NCBI GenBank assembly: GCA_963804425.1
Contig: CAWDQF010000007.1
Span: 74,438-138,437 of the forward strand
Reading direction: 5' to 3'
DNA: 64,000 bases
DNA from: an uncultured Verrucomicrobiae bacterium
Lineage (GTDB): Bacteria; Verrucomicrobiota; Verrucomicrobiia; Chthoniobacterales; JAFAMB01
This document shows, in pieces, positions 19,869 through 29,271 of this stretch. The notes beneath the pieces are model-generated. The model saw nothing but the letters and a program-made list of their open reading frames with translations. It had not been told where the DNA came from and searched no databases. A program made the position numbers and the translations under genes. Numbering within the stretch: the first letter of the stretch is position 1; each line of letters starts with the position of its first letter.

Positions 19869-20309
19869 ATGCCTAGGTTTATTCTTTTCGTCATCGTTTT
19901 AGGTTTGTTAGGCGCAGCGGGAGTAGCGATTTATCTTTCGCTGCCAAAAGATCACCGGACATCATCGCCCGATCTAAGCTTGTTTGGTCAAGGTTTACAA
20001 CGTGCGACGGAGAGCGAAATTGGCCAGCCTTCACTTAGCCAGAACCTTATCGAATTACCTGTGAAACAACAGGATATAGATTCCGAAGTAGGCCGGATCA
20101 AGAGTTTAGCAGCGAAGCTTGGCGGCAACGCGGTGGTGAATAATCTCTCGGGAGGACCTGATCAAGATTTACTCATCGAAATTCCTCAAACTCTCGCACC
20201 ACAATTTATTGAAGCGGTGCAAAATCGCGGGGAGGTTCTCGCGGAAGTTTCACCGGGTTCGGGCGAGAAAACTCAAGTGATCGAAGTGAAATTGCAGGCG
20301 GTGAAATAG
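19869..20309 (+). CDS. Membrane-anchored hypothetical protein
   Basis: ATG 19869 gives MPRFILFVIVLGLLGAAGVAIYL (one TM helix) plus a soluble domain. The upstream part of the ORF-track entry is antisense to hldD. Confidence 0.5.
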   Translation: MPRFILFVIVLGLLGAAGVAIYLSLPKDHRTSSPDLSLFGQGLQRATESEIGQPSLSQNLIELPVKQQDIDSEVGRIKSLAAKLGGNAVVNNLSGGPDQDLLIEIPQTLAPQFIEAVQNRGEVLAEVSPGSGEKTQVIEVKLQAVK

Positions 20310-20312
20310 CGT

Positions 20313-20981
20313 ATGCTGCTGGTTGTTTTCGCGCTTCCAGCGGAGGCTTGGGTTTTCCAACGACGTTTGGGGCAGAAGACCAAACGAGACAAACTACTTT
20401 GTGGGACCGTCTGCGGCACGAGTATCGGCATCTGTTTTGTCGGTATTCGGGCGACCGCTATCGCTGATCTCGAAGAAACAATCCGGCGAGTCCGCCCGCC
20501 GCTAGTCATTAGTTCGGGGTTTGCGGGGGCAACTCGAGTGCTGTTGGAGCCCGGAGACTTCCTGATGGCCAGCAACTATACCTCTGCTGAACTCAGACAC
20601 CCGCTGGAGAGTGTCGTCGATGCTACCGGCAATTTCCACTCGGTCGACCAGGTTAGCGATCCGGGCGAGAAGGAGAGACAAGGGCTTTCCAGTATTGCCG
20701 TTGACATGGAATCGGCGGCGATCGCCGCAGCGTGCGACCGCTGTCGTACTCCGCTCATCACCGCTCGCATGATTTCTGATGGCCGGGATGAGAAAATCCC
20801 TGCTGTTTTCACTGGGGGAAAGCTTCGCAACCCACGGGATCTGATCGCGGCCGGCCAATTCGCCATTCGCATGCTACATTTAACCCGGTTTTTGGCTGAT
20901 CGGCTCACCCAGCTGATCTGCATTGCGGTGCAGTCGGACCAGAGGCTTTCTGATGGGAGCACGGCTCGAGTGGTTCCCTAG
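20313..20981 (+). CDS. Nucleoside phosphorylase superfamily protein (MTA/SAH nucleosidase- or HpnG-like)
   Basis: VISSGFAGA and AVDMESAAIAAAC are motifs of the PNP_UDP_1 fold. Subfamily not resolved. Confidence 0.65.
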   Translation: MLLVVFALPAEAWVFQRRLGQKTKRDKLLCGTVCGTSIGICFVGIRATAIADLEETIRRVRPPLVISSGFAGATRVLLEPGDFLMASNYTSAELRHPLESVVDATGNFHSVDQVSDPGEKERQGLSSIAVDMESAAIAAACDRCRTPLITARMISDGRDEKIPAVFTGGKLRNPRDLIAAGQFAIRMLHLTRFLADRLTQLICIAVQSDQRLSDGSTARVVP

Positions 20982-21976
20982 TCTTCTTCAGGGCGCAAAT
21001 CGCGCGCGAGCAGACGTTGCATGGCTTCTGCCGGCGGCATTGATCGATAGAGGATCGCGTGTACTTCGCGGATAATAGGTGTTTGCAAGCTCAGTCTTTC
21101 CCCAAGGTCAATGGCGCTTCGAACGGTGGGGATGCCTTCTGCCACCGTGCCCATCGAATCGACGATGTGGTTCAGAGGCTCACCTCTGGCCAGGCGTTCG
21201 CCCACTCGCCGGTTGCGACTGTGTCGGCTGAAGCAGGTGCCTACGAGATCGCCCAGGCCGCTAAGCCCTTGGAAAGTTTCGCGTCGTCCTCCCAGAGCAG
21301 TGCCAATGCGCGTCAACTCAGCCAGAGATCTTGTGACCAGCGCAGCTTTAGAGTTATCGCCGAGGCCGAGCCCGTCACAAATACCGGCGGCCAAAGCGAA
21401 GATATTCTTAAAGGCGCCTCCGACTTCGACTCCGATGACGTCCGTGCTGGTGTAAATCCGAAAAGTCCCGGTGGAGAGAATCGACTGTAAACGCTCCGCA
21501 ATTTCTGGCTCCTGACTCGCGACGACGGTTGCCGTAGGAATAGAGCGGGCCACCTCTTCAGCGTGGTTGGGTCCGGAAAGGGCCGCAGTTGGTAATTGTG
21601 GAAATGTTTCCGCAAGAATCTCCGTCATACGTCGGTACCGCTGATGGTCGAGCCCCTTTACGCAGGAGACCATCACCGGATTCCCCGGCATCGGTCCGGA
21701 TTCAAGCAACGAGCGAGCGATCTCGGCTAGCGCAGTGGACGGAGTCGCCCAGAGCAGATAATCGGCGGATGAAATCTCGTCAAAAAAGGATGTGATGCGC
21801 AAAGCGGGAGGTAAAATAACGCCTGGTAAATGGCGAACGTTGGTTCGGTCACCGCGCAGCACATCCGCGACCTGCGGGTTGCGGACCCATAGGGTCACCG
21901 AATGACCTTTCTCTGCTAGTAACACTGAGAGCGCGGTGCCCCAACCACCACCACCAACTATGGTAATCGCAGCCAT
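20978..21976 (-). CDS. gpsA: NAD(P)H-dependent glycerol-3-phosphate dehydrogenase
   Basis: ITIVGGGGWGTALS, NVRHLPG, and GAFKNIFALAAGICDGLGLGDNSKAAL. Confidence 0.93.
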   Translation of the reverse strand: MAAITIVGGGGWGTALSVLLAEKGHSVTLWVRNPQVADVLRGDRTNVRHLPGVILPPALRITSFFDEISSADYLLWATPSTALAEIARSLLESGPMPGNPVMVSCVKGLDHQRYRRMTEILAETFPQLPTAALSGPNHAEEVARSIPTATVVASQEPEIAERLQSILSTGTFRIYTSTDVIGVEVGGAFKNIFALAAGICDGLGLGDNSKAALVTRSLAELTRIGTALGGRRETFQGLSGLGDLVGTCFSRHSRNRRVGERLARGEPLNHIVDSMGTVAEGIPTVRSAIDLGERLSLQTPIIREVHAILYRSMPPAEAMQRLLARDLRPEED

Positions 21977-22039
21977 CTCAACCCAAAAGACGGAGAAAAT
22001 TTGAGTCTTTGGTTTCCCCAGAACCGAGGAACCGGGGAC

Positions 22040-22672
22040 TCACGATTCTGATTTTTTTTGGCCGAAACGCGATTCGGTACCGTTCAACAAGCGAGTGATG
22101 TTCGTGCGATGTCTCCACACAGCTAAGGCGGCAGCTACTACTGAGAAACAGAGCACGAGCCAATAATCGTTAATACCGACATAGGGACCGAGCAGCGCGA
22201 CTGCGATCGGCAGGGCAGCCGCCGCAGAAATCGAGGCGAGCGAGACGTAGCGGCTCAGCCAAAAGACGAGGAGCCAAACGATCCCCATCAACAAAACAAT
22301 TAATGGCGGGAACAAGGCGATTACAACTCCGGCGGATGTGGCAATGCCTTTGCCGCCTTTGAAGGCTAACCAGACCGGATAGTTGTGGCCCAGGATGCAA
22401 CAGAGCGCGGCGACCACACCGGCAAGCGTCACATTGGCGTCAAACGATCCTGCCAGCAGAAAGCCTAGCTTTACCGAAACGAATCCCTTCAGCACGTCGC
22501 AAAAAAAAACGAAGTAACCCCATTTCTTGCCCATAACTCGGAGTACGTTCGTTGCTCCGATGTTCTTACTACCGTGTTGGCGAATGTCTATTCCTTGGGA
22601 TTTAGCAACGAGATAACCGCTTGGAATCGAACCCAACAAATAGCTGATGATTACGATTAAGATCCAGATCAT
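22040..22672 (-). CDS. plsY: Glycerol-3-phosphate acyltransferase PlsY
   Basis: SYLLGSIPSGYLVAKSQGIDIRQHGSKNIGATNVLRVMG. Start taken at ATG 22672. Confidence 0.9.
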   Translation of the reverse strand: MIWILIVIISYLLGSIPSGYLVAKSQGIDIRQHGSKNIGATNVLRVMGKKWGYFVFFCDVLKGFVSVKLGFLLAGSFDANVTLAGVVAALCCILGHNYPVWLAFKGGKGIATSAGVVIALFPPLIVLLMGIVWLLVFWLSRYVSLASISAAAALPIAVALLGPYVGINDYWLVLCFSVVAAALAVWRHRTNITRLLNGTESRFGQKKSES

Positions 22673-22882
22673 TGGGGGAATCGTTCGGTCGAGTCTGTCG
22701 CGAATTTTCGTCCAACGCGGGAGATTGCACAACTGCTGTTTCGATCCAGCTCAGCGAGTCTTTTGTACTGTTATCGAATCAAGTGATTGCGGGCAAAACG
22801 ACGACACCGCGAGTTTTTAGGATCGGCCATTGCCTGTTTTCCACTTTTAGAAACCGTCCGATTCTGGCATGTTAACCGTGGC

Positions 22883-23377
22883 ATGCTGGGATTAACGCGC
22901 ATAGAACCTGCCACGATCGAAGATCTGCCTTCGCTCACGGAACTTCTCATGGACCTGTTTGCGCAGGAATCGGACTTTCGCCCAGACTATAATGCCCAGA
23001 TGCGCGGATTGCGTTTGTTGCTCGAACAGCCTAACCGAGGTCGGATTTTTGTGCTGCGAAGCGCTAACCGAATAATCGGGATGATTAATCTGTTATTTAC
23101 CATCAGCACAGCCGAAGGGGGCTTCGTAATCCTGCTGGAGGATCTAATTATTGACCGCAATTTTCGCGACCAAGGTCTGGGCAGCGAACTCTTGAAATAC
23201 GCGATCGATTACGCGAAGCAAAAAGATTTTCTTCGTATTACTTTGCTCACCGACCGTATCAGCGAACCTTCTCTCTCGTTCTTCGAGAAGCACGGCTTCC
23301 AGAGATCCGCGATGGTGCCGATGCGCCTCTGGCTTGGGACCGCGGCGGCTGCTCATATTGAGGGAGGTTCGGCTTAG
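22883..23377 (+). CDS. GNAT-family N-acetyltransferase
   Basis: The acetyl-CoA-binding region RNFRDQGLGSELLKYAI is typical of GNAT. Start taken at ATG 22883. Confidence 0.75.
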   Translation: MLGLTRIEPATIEDLPSLTELLMDLFAQESDFRPDYNAQMRGLRLLLEQPNRGRIFVLRSANRIIGMINLLFTISTAEGGFVILLEDLIIDRNFRDQGLGSELLKYAIDYAKQKDFLRITLLTDRISEPSLSFFEKHGFQRSAMVPMRLWLGTAAAAHIEGGSA

Positions 23378-23409
23378 AACTAGAGCATTGTCATTAGAAG
23401 CAGGTCCCA

Positions 23410-24429
23410 TCAAACTCCTTGATGTGCCGTGCTTGCGGGTTCGCTTGCCTGATGGGTTTCGAATATTTGCCGAATGATATCCTCTAGCGGCTCGTCCTCC
23501 GCACTGAAATCCTGAACGTTTCCCGTCGATAAAAGCTCTCGGCAAACCTCGGCTACTTTGTCGCGGTCCACTTTCAAGGTCAACGATGTGGGAGTTTGCT
23601 CGATCACCCTGGCTAGCCGCGGAGCGCGATTGACCGGCGCATTGAAACTGAAGCGGAGAAACTTGTGCCGAGCAAACCGTTCAGTGATCTCCGCAAATTC
23701 ACCGTCGAAGAATACTTTGCCATGATCGATGATGATGACCCGGCGGCACAGCTTTTCGATGTCCTGCATGTAGTGGCTAGTCAGAATCGTGGAAACACCT
23801 CCCTGCTCGTTATAATGAAGAAGAAAGTCCCGCACGGTTTTCTGACTGATCACATCAAGGCCGATCGTCGGCTCATCCAAAAACAAGACTTTTGGCTGGT
23901 GGATCAAGGCGGCGATCAGTTCTAATTTCATCCGTTCGCCCAGGCTCAGCTCTCGTACCATCACGTTAAGCTTATCGCGTACGTCCAGGAGATCGACGAG
24001 CTCGTCCACGATCCGGCGGAATACAGTCGGAGAGATCTGATAGATAACGCGATTCAATTCGAGCGATTCACTGGCCGGAAGATCCCACCAGAGCGAATTC
24101 TTTTGGCCCAATACCAAACTGAATTGACGCTTAAATTCCGTTTTGCGTTCCCACGGAGTGAATCCTAAGACGGAGGCCGATCCGGAAGTTGGAACGAGCA
24201 GACCGGAGAGCATCTTCAGTACTGTCGTTTTGCCCGCTCCGTTCGGTCCGAGAAAGCCAACGAGTTCTCCCTCGCCAATTGAAAACGACACCTGATTGGC
24301 TGCGGATGTGGTCTGATACTCTCGACTGACGAGACCCTTTATGGCGCCAAAGAGTCCTTCTTTTTTGTTATAGGTCCGAAAAACCTTCGTCAATTGGCGG
24401 GCAACGATCGTGGGATCCATAACAGACAA
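23410..24429 (-). CDS. ABC transporter ATP-binding protein (ABC-2-type partner family)
   Basis: Walker A GPNGAGKTT, signature LSLGERMK, and Walker B VLFLDEPTIGLD. No permease gene lies adjacent. Confidence 0.88.
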   Translation of the reverse strand: MSVMDPTIVARQLTKVFRTYNKKEGLFGAIKGLVSREYQTTSAANQVSFSIGEGELVGFLGPNGAGKTTVLKMLSGLLVPTSGSASVLGFTPWERKTEFKRQFSLVLGQKNSLWWDLPASESLELNRVIYQISPTVFRRIVDELVDLLDVRDKLNVMVRELSLGERMKLELIAALIHQPKVLFLDEPTIGLDVISQKTVRDFLLHYNEQGGVSTILTSHYMQDIEKLCRRVIIIDHGKVFFDGEFAEITERFARHKFLRFSFNAPVNRAPRLARVIEQTPTSLTLKVDRDKVAEVCRELLSTGNVQDFSAEDEPLEDIIRQIFETHQASEPASTAHQGV

Positions 24430-24516
24430 CCGCTCATTAGGGGCAGCGCGGACAGATTGCTGTCGTCGATTCTTCGCGCGTTTTCAACCCGAAGCCGCGA
24501 ACTGCTGGTTGACCCG

Positions 24517-26445
24517 TTACGCCGCGGTGCGAGGTTGCTTGCTGCCGAGAGCCTTTTTTAGAAGCGGCCGAATCTTTTCGATCGCGGCGTCCACGGTAAT
24601 GCCGTGCTTCTCTCGGAGAATCGGTATGGAGCCATGTTCGACAAATTGATCGGGCCAGCCGATTCGGACAATTGGCGTCGCGATCTGACTATCTGCCAGC
24701 TGCTCCACGACGGCGCAGCCGAACCCATTGTGCAACACGTGATCCTCAAAGGTGCAGATGACCTCTACTCGGCGAGCGAAGAATTCGAGAGTGCCGGTGT
24801 CCAAAGGTTTAATCCATCGTGGATTAATCAGTGCGACCGAGACCCCCTGTTCTTCCAGGCGCTTGGCGGTTTCCTCGGCCAGCGCGAACATGTTTCCGAG
24901 TCCGAATAGCGCGACATCTTGACCGTGACGTACCACCTCGGCTTTGCCAATTTCCAGCAACTTGGGCTGAGCCTTCGGACGCGCTCCCGTCCCAGCTCCT
25001 CGAGGATAGCGAATGGCAATGGGTCCCTGATTGTAGTTCACCATCGTCCAGAGCATATCGACAAATTCCTCTTCGTCCTTTGGCTGCATGTGGACGATTC
25101 CCGGAACCGGGCGCAGGTAACCGATATCGAATAGTCCATGATGAGTTGGTCCATCGTCGCCGGACAATCCCGCCCGGTCCATGCACACCGCGACGTTCAG
25201 ATTCTGCAGCGCGATGTCATGAATGACCATGTCATAGGCGCGCTGCATGAAAGTTGAATAGATCGTGAGGAAAGGCTTAAAACCCTGCGTTGCCAGACCG
25301 CAGGCGAAAAGAGCTGCATGCTCTTCTGCAATGCCAACATCAAAATATTGATCCGGGTGACTAGCCGCAAAGTGAAACAGACCAGTACCCGACGGCATCG
25401 CGGCGGTAATGGCCATGATTTTCTTATTGCTGTCGGCGAACTTAGTCAAAGTTTGGCCTAACAGTTCGGAGTAGGTCGGAGTTGAGGCCTTCGCGGTTTC
25501 GCCGGTTTCGAGGGTAAATTTTCCGAGCCCATGAAACTTGTCCGGTTTAGCCAACGCCGGAGCATACCCTTTGCCTTTCTGGGTAATAATGTGAAGCAAT
25601 ACCGGTTCGTGCTGGCGCTTCAAAAATTCGAACGTACGAATTAGCAAGGGAATATCGTGCCCATCGATCGGTCCGTAGTAGCGCAGACCAAGGTCTTCAA
25701 AAATGACGCTCGGCAGCAGGAGATGCTTCACGCCCTCTTCCACCTTGTGCGCGAGCTGTTGGACAAATTTGCCCCCGATCATTTCCATAAACTTGGCCGC
25801 CTTTTCGTGCAGATGGCTGTAGGCGTCGTTGGTCACGATCCGGTTCAGGTAGTTGGCGATCGCTCCAACATTCTTCGCGATCGACCATTCGTTATCGTTG
25901 AGCACGACAATAAACCGCTTCGTATTGTGCGAGACGTTATTGAGTGCCTCATAGCTGATGCCACAAGTGAAGGCGGCGTCACCAGCAACAACCACGACGT
26001 TTTCCTTGCTTCCTCGGCGATCTCGGGCAACCGCCATCCCTAAGCCAGCCGACAAAGCGGTGCCGGCGTGCCCGGCTCCATAACAATCGTGCTCACTTTC
26101 TGAGCGCAGCAAAAAGCCGTTCAATCCTTGATATTGTCTAATCGTGCCAAAGCGATCCAACCTTCCGGTTAAAAGTTTGTGAACGTAACCCTGATGGCTG
26201 ACATCGAAGAGAAGCTTATCCTCCGGAGTGTCAAAAACCCGATGCAAAGCCAAGGTGAGTTCGACTACCCCGAGGTTCGGACCCAAATGCCCTCCCGTCT
26301 TTGAGAGAACTGAAATCAGTTCGTCCCGGATTTCTTGGGCAAGCTGTGGTAGCCGGGTTTCCTCCAGCCGCTTCAAGTCCGCCGGGGACTCGATCTGATC
26401 GAGCAGGCGCGTGCAGGAAACATTAAAAGAGGCTGATTTCTTCAT
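24517..26445 (-). CDS. dxs: 1-deoxy-D-xylulose-5-phosphate synthase
   Basis: TGGHLGPNLGVVELTLALH, the TPP motif GDAAFTCG, and IGIAEEHA. Full-length colinearity. Confidence 0.95.
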   Translation of the reverse strand: MKKSASFNVSCTRLLDQIESPADLKRLEETRLPQLAQEIRDELISVLSKTGGHLGPNLGVVELTLALHRVFDTPEDKLLFDVSHQGYVHKLLTGRLDRFGTIRQYQGLNGFLLRSESEHDCYGAGHAGTALSAGLGMAVARDRRGSKENVVVVAGDAAFTCGISYEALNNVSHNTKRFIVVLNDNEWSIAKNVGAIANYLNRIVTNDAYSHLHEKAAKFMEMIGGKFVQQLAHKVEEGVKHLLLPSVIFEDLGLRYYGPIDGHDIPLLIRTFEFLKRQHEPVLLHIITQKGKGYAPALAKPDKFHGLGKFTLETGETAKASTPTYSELLGQTLTKFADSNKKIMAITAAMPSGTGLFHFAASHPDQYFDVGIAEEHAALFACGLATQGFKPFLTIYSTFMQRAYDMVIHDIALQNLNVAVCMDRAGLSGDDGPTHHGLFDIGYLRPVPGIVHMQPKDEEEFVDMLWTMVNYNQGPIAIRYPRGAGTGARPKAQPKLLEIGKAEVVRHGQDVALFGLGNMFALAEETAKRLEEQGVSVALINPRWIKPLDTGTLEFFARRVEVICTFEDHVLHNGFGCAVVEQLADSQIATPIVRIGWPDQFVEHGSIPILREKHGITVDAAIEKIRPLLKKALGSKQPRTAA

Positions 26446-26710
26446 TTGGAGATTTCTTGAGATCCTTAGGTCGTTCCACAGGAGACGTCTGGGGTTTGGT
26501 TGTGGCGTCGCGGGCCAATGTCTCTACTCTGCTTTGCGCCGCTTCTAGCCGTTGATTGCAGACCGCGATCAACTTGGTCCCTTCTTCGTAGCGGGCCAGT
26601 AGCTCTTCCAGCGGCAGCTTGGATGACTCCATCTGTTCGACGATCAGTTCGAGCCTTTCCATAGCTGCTTCAAATGACAATTCCGTAATCTGAGAGTCTA
26701 CTTTTGACAT
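26423..26710 (-). CDS. xseB: Exodeoxyribonuclease VII small subunit
   Basis: LSFEAAMERLELIVEQMESSKLPLEELLARYEEGTKLIAVCNQRL. It overlaps the dxs start by 23 nt. Confidence 0.85.
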   Translation of the reverse strand: MSKVDSQITELSFEAAMERLELIVEQMESSKLPLEELLARYEEGTKLIAVCNQRLEAAQSRVETLARDATTKPQTSPVERPKDLKKSPNEEISLF

Positions 26711-26832
26711 TTAGTGAACCGCGAACCTTATGCAGCAGCCGAGAGAAAGCCAATGAAAACCAACCCCTCTGGATGCGGCTTACCTAATGCCGAAGCCCCA
26801 ATGAGGGCACAAGAGGACAAAATACGGATTTT

Positions 26833-26858
26833 GCTAGGGCGAGGCGGCCTGCCGAGGC
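26833..26858. repeat. REP-like short intergenic motif, copy 2 (GCTAGGGCGAGGCGGCCTGCCGAGGC)
   Basis: It shares TAGGGCGAGGC...CCT.CCGAG with the copy at 9157 and lies just past the stop of the HtrA-like gene. Confidence 0.35.
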
Positions 26859-26877
26859 GCGATGGGCTGCTACCGAC

Positions 26878-27975
26878 TCAATTTTCTAGCTTCAACCTCA
26901 ACGCGTTGTCCCCGTTCAAGAGATATCCTGGGGCAAAAACCGGGAATCTAGGCCGCTGCGGAAGAGTGGGAGTGACGTCAAATGTGAGATTTTGCCCGTC
27001 ACGAAATACGGAAATGGAAACCTTTTGATCAGCGGACAAAAAGAAGGCAGCACTCCGAACGTCAGCGGTTGAATGGATCTTCACCGATCCAACCTGCATG
27101 AGCACATCCCCGGGCTGGAGACCAGTTTCCGAAGCGGGCGAGTTCTCCGCAAAACCAGTGATCACAACACGCGATTCGTTTTGCACCTTATCTCCGTCTT
27201 CAATATTGACGCCGACCCAGCCAGGTCGAACCTCCCCAAATCGAACATAATCAGCCCGAACCTTTTCTGCGGCCCTTATCGGAAGAGCATAGCATGCCGT
27301 CTTGTTATCCACGCTGCTGATCAAGATACCCACGACTTCACCTCGGAGATTCAGTAGTGGTGCTCCGCCTTCACCTTTTTGCGGCGGAATATTTGCCCGG
27401 ATGAGGGTGGTCGCGAAGATTTGCTGGAGATCGCCTTCGTCGAGGCCTCCGACGATGCCGAAGTTCGGCGTCAGCGGCAAACCCTGCGGATAACCTATCG
27501 TGACAACGGGAGACGCAGTCGCCAATTCGTCGGAGTTTCCTAAAGGAAGCCACGGCGTTTCTGCATCGATCTTCAGAATGGCGATGCCGCTTCGAGGGTC
27601 CGCAGCCAATCTTTCCGCCGGGTAACGGCCTAACCCTAGCTCGACGATTATATCGTGTGACTCTCCCGCCACGGAATACGCCGTATAAATTATTCCGGCG
27701 GGATCAATGACAAATCCGGTTCCGGCCAATCGCCCGTGCTGATCCTCTGACTCGATACGAACCACGGCGCCCTTAGCGGTCTCAAAGACCTTCTTCACGT
27801 CCGCTGCGATGGCTGCGAAAGTTTCCTCTGCGGAAGTCACGTGAGACGAAAAGCAGAGCCCGACCAGCGTGAGCGCGGCAAAAAGCGGAGCGCAGGCGGT
27901 ATAAGTGGTGAGAGAGCCGACTCCCGCCCGAGCAGCCGAAATGTTTGGAAAAGAGAGAACCGACTGTTTCGGCAT
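26878..27975 (-). CDS. HtrA/DegP-family trypsin-fold + PDZ protein lacking the catalytic triad (pseudoprotease)
   Basis: It aligns by eye to DegP: GTGFVIDPAGIIYTAYSVA (His to Ser), DPRSGIAILKI (Asp to Gly) and QKGEGGAPLLNLRGEVVGI (GNSGG Ser to Gly). N-terminal signal/anchor and C-terminal PDZ-like region. Confidence 0.8.
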   Translation of the reverse strand: MPKQSVLSFPNISAARAGVGSLTTYTACAPLFAALTLVGLCFSSHVTSAEETFAAIAADVKKVFETAKGAVVRIESEDQHGRLAGTGFVIDPAGIIYTAYSVAGESHDIIVELGLGRYPAERLAADPRSGIAILKIDAETPWLPLGNSDELATASPVVTIGYPQGLPLTPNFGIVGGLDEGDLQQIFATTLIRANIPPQKGEGGAPLLNLRGEVVGILISSVDNKTACYALPIRAAEKVRADYVRFGEVRPGWVGVNIEDGDKVQNESRVVITGFAENSPASETGLQPGDVLMQVGSVKIHSTADVRSAAFFLSADQKVSISVFRDGQNLTFDVTPTLPQRPRFPVFAPGYLLNGDNALRLKLEN

Positions 27976-28030
27976 CGAACTCTAAGTGACAGCCGCAATC
28001 CGACACCGTGGCCGGGCGGCTAGTAATCAA

Positions 28031-28507
28031 TTAAAAACTGGCCGGTGGTTGGTAGCTCACGGGCTGACGATCAAGGATATAACGGGGGCGACTCGCGTCC
28101 GAAGGTTGAATCGTCGGGAAAAATTTCTGGAATTTAGTTTCCGATCCTGAGAGCTGAATTTCACCGCGAGAGGTAAGCCTCAGACCGGAGTCGGAGACAT
28201 CCGTTTGCGCAAGTCCACTGGTCAAATTTCGATTTGATGCTTCCGGTGTCCAGATTCCGGTTCCCAAAAGAGTAGCAATTACCGCGAAGATCCCGAAAGC
28301 ACTCGCATAAGCCCAGGCCGGCACACGAAAAGTTCCAAAGCTTGACGATACCCTTTCGAGCCAAATCTGGAACGCCGAACGACGCAGTATTTCGGAGCGT
28401 TGCCGACGATGGAAATCCTCGAGCGCTCTCTCAAAATAGCCGGGGGGAGGTTGCTCGAATCGCTTAAGTTTGAGAAGCTGTTGTAGCTGCTTTTCGTCGA
28501 GCATCAT
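28031..28507 (-). CDS. Probable anti-sigma factor (single-pass membrane protein)
   Basis: ATGA overlap with the ECF sigma stop. It has a ~60-aa cytoplasmic N-terminus, one TM helix (AYASAFGIFAVIATLLGTGIW) and a short external tail. The call rests on context only. Confidence 0.55.
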   Translation of the reverse strand: MMLDEKQLQQLLKLKRFEQPPPGYFERALEDFHRRQRSEILRRSAFQIWLERVSSSFGTFRVPAWAYASAFGIFAVIATLLGTGIWTPEASNRNLTSGLAQTDVSDSGLRLTSRGEIQLSGSETKFQKFFPTIQPSDASRPRYILDRQPVSYQPPASF

Positions 28508-29091
28508 TTCTTTCTAAACTCTTCGAGGTAATTCTGCAACTGCCGATGTGCGTAGAACAACCGGGACCGGACCGTCGCTTCTGGTACGCCCAAAATCCTG
28601 GCAATCTCCGCATGCGGCATCCCTTGGATGTCGAACATCGTTACGACAGTTCTATGCTCTAGAGACAGCTTCATCATCGCTTCGTTCAATCTCTGTTGCA
28701 ATTCTGAGAGATCCACTTCGCGGGTCGGCGTATTTGCCGCGGTTAATTCGATGAATTCTTTGTCGTTGCGGACGTTGGAATCGAGGTCATCCAGGCTCAT
28801 CTGGAACCGGCGACCGCGTTTCTTGACGAAATTAATCGTCATATTCACGGCAATCGCATGAATCCAGGTATAAAAACTTGATCTTCCGCGAAAACCGTTG
28901 ATCGACCGGTAAGCCTTGGCAAAAACTTCCAGAAGCAGATCGTTCGCGTCCTCGTGGTTTGAGGTCATGTTGTAGATCAGCGAGTAGATCCTAGAGCTGT
29001 ATTTTTGCCAAAGACCGTCAAACGCCTGCGTATCGCCGCTCTGCGTGCGGCGAACAAGGACTTCGTCATCAAGCAAGTTGGGATCTTCCAT
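28504..29091 (-). CDS. ECF (group 4) RNA polymerase sigma factor
   Basis: Region 2 (DLLLEVFAKAYRSINGFRGRSSFYTWIHAIAVN) and region 4 (HRTVVTMFDIQGMPHAEIARILGVPEATVRSRL). Confidence 0.9.
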   Translation of the reverse strand: MEDPNLLDDEVLVRRTQSGDTQAFDGLWQKYSSRIYSLIYNMTSNHEDANDLLLEVFAKAYRSINGFRGRSSFYTWIHAIAVNMTINFVKKRGRRFQMSLDDLDSNVRNDKEFIELTAANTPTREVDLSELQQRLNEAMMKLSLEHRTVVTMFDIQGMPHAEIARILGVPEATVRSRLFYAHRQLQNYLEEFRKK

Positions 29092-29271
29092 GCCGCCGCA
29101 GGCACAAACCAGAGGCCAGCGAATCTCGTTGAGTAGTAATCCGTAAAATAGCGGGCGTAAAATAATAACCGGTAGTGACCCCAGGAAAGAGCGTTCGCGT
29201 CTTCTTCATCGCTCGAACACCCAAAATTGCGGCAAATGACTCAGAATCCGGCAAGTTCTATCCTGCGATTA

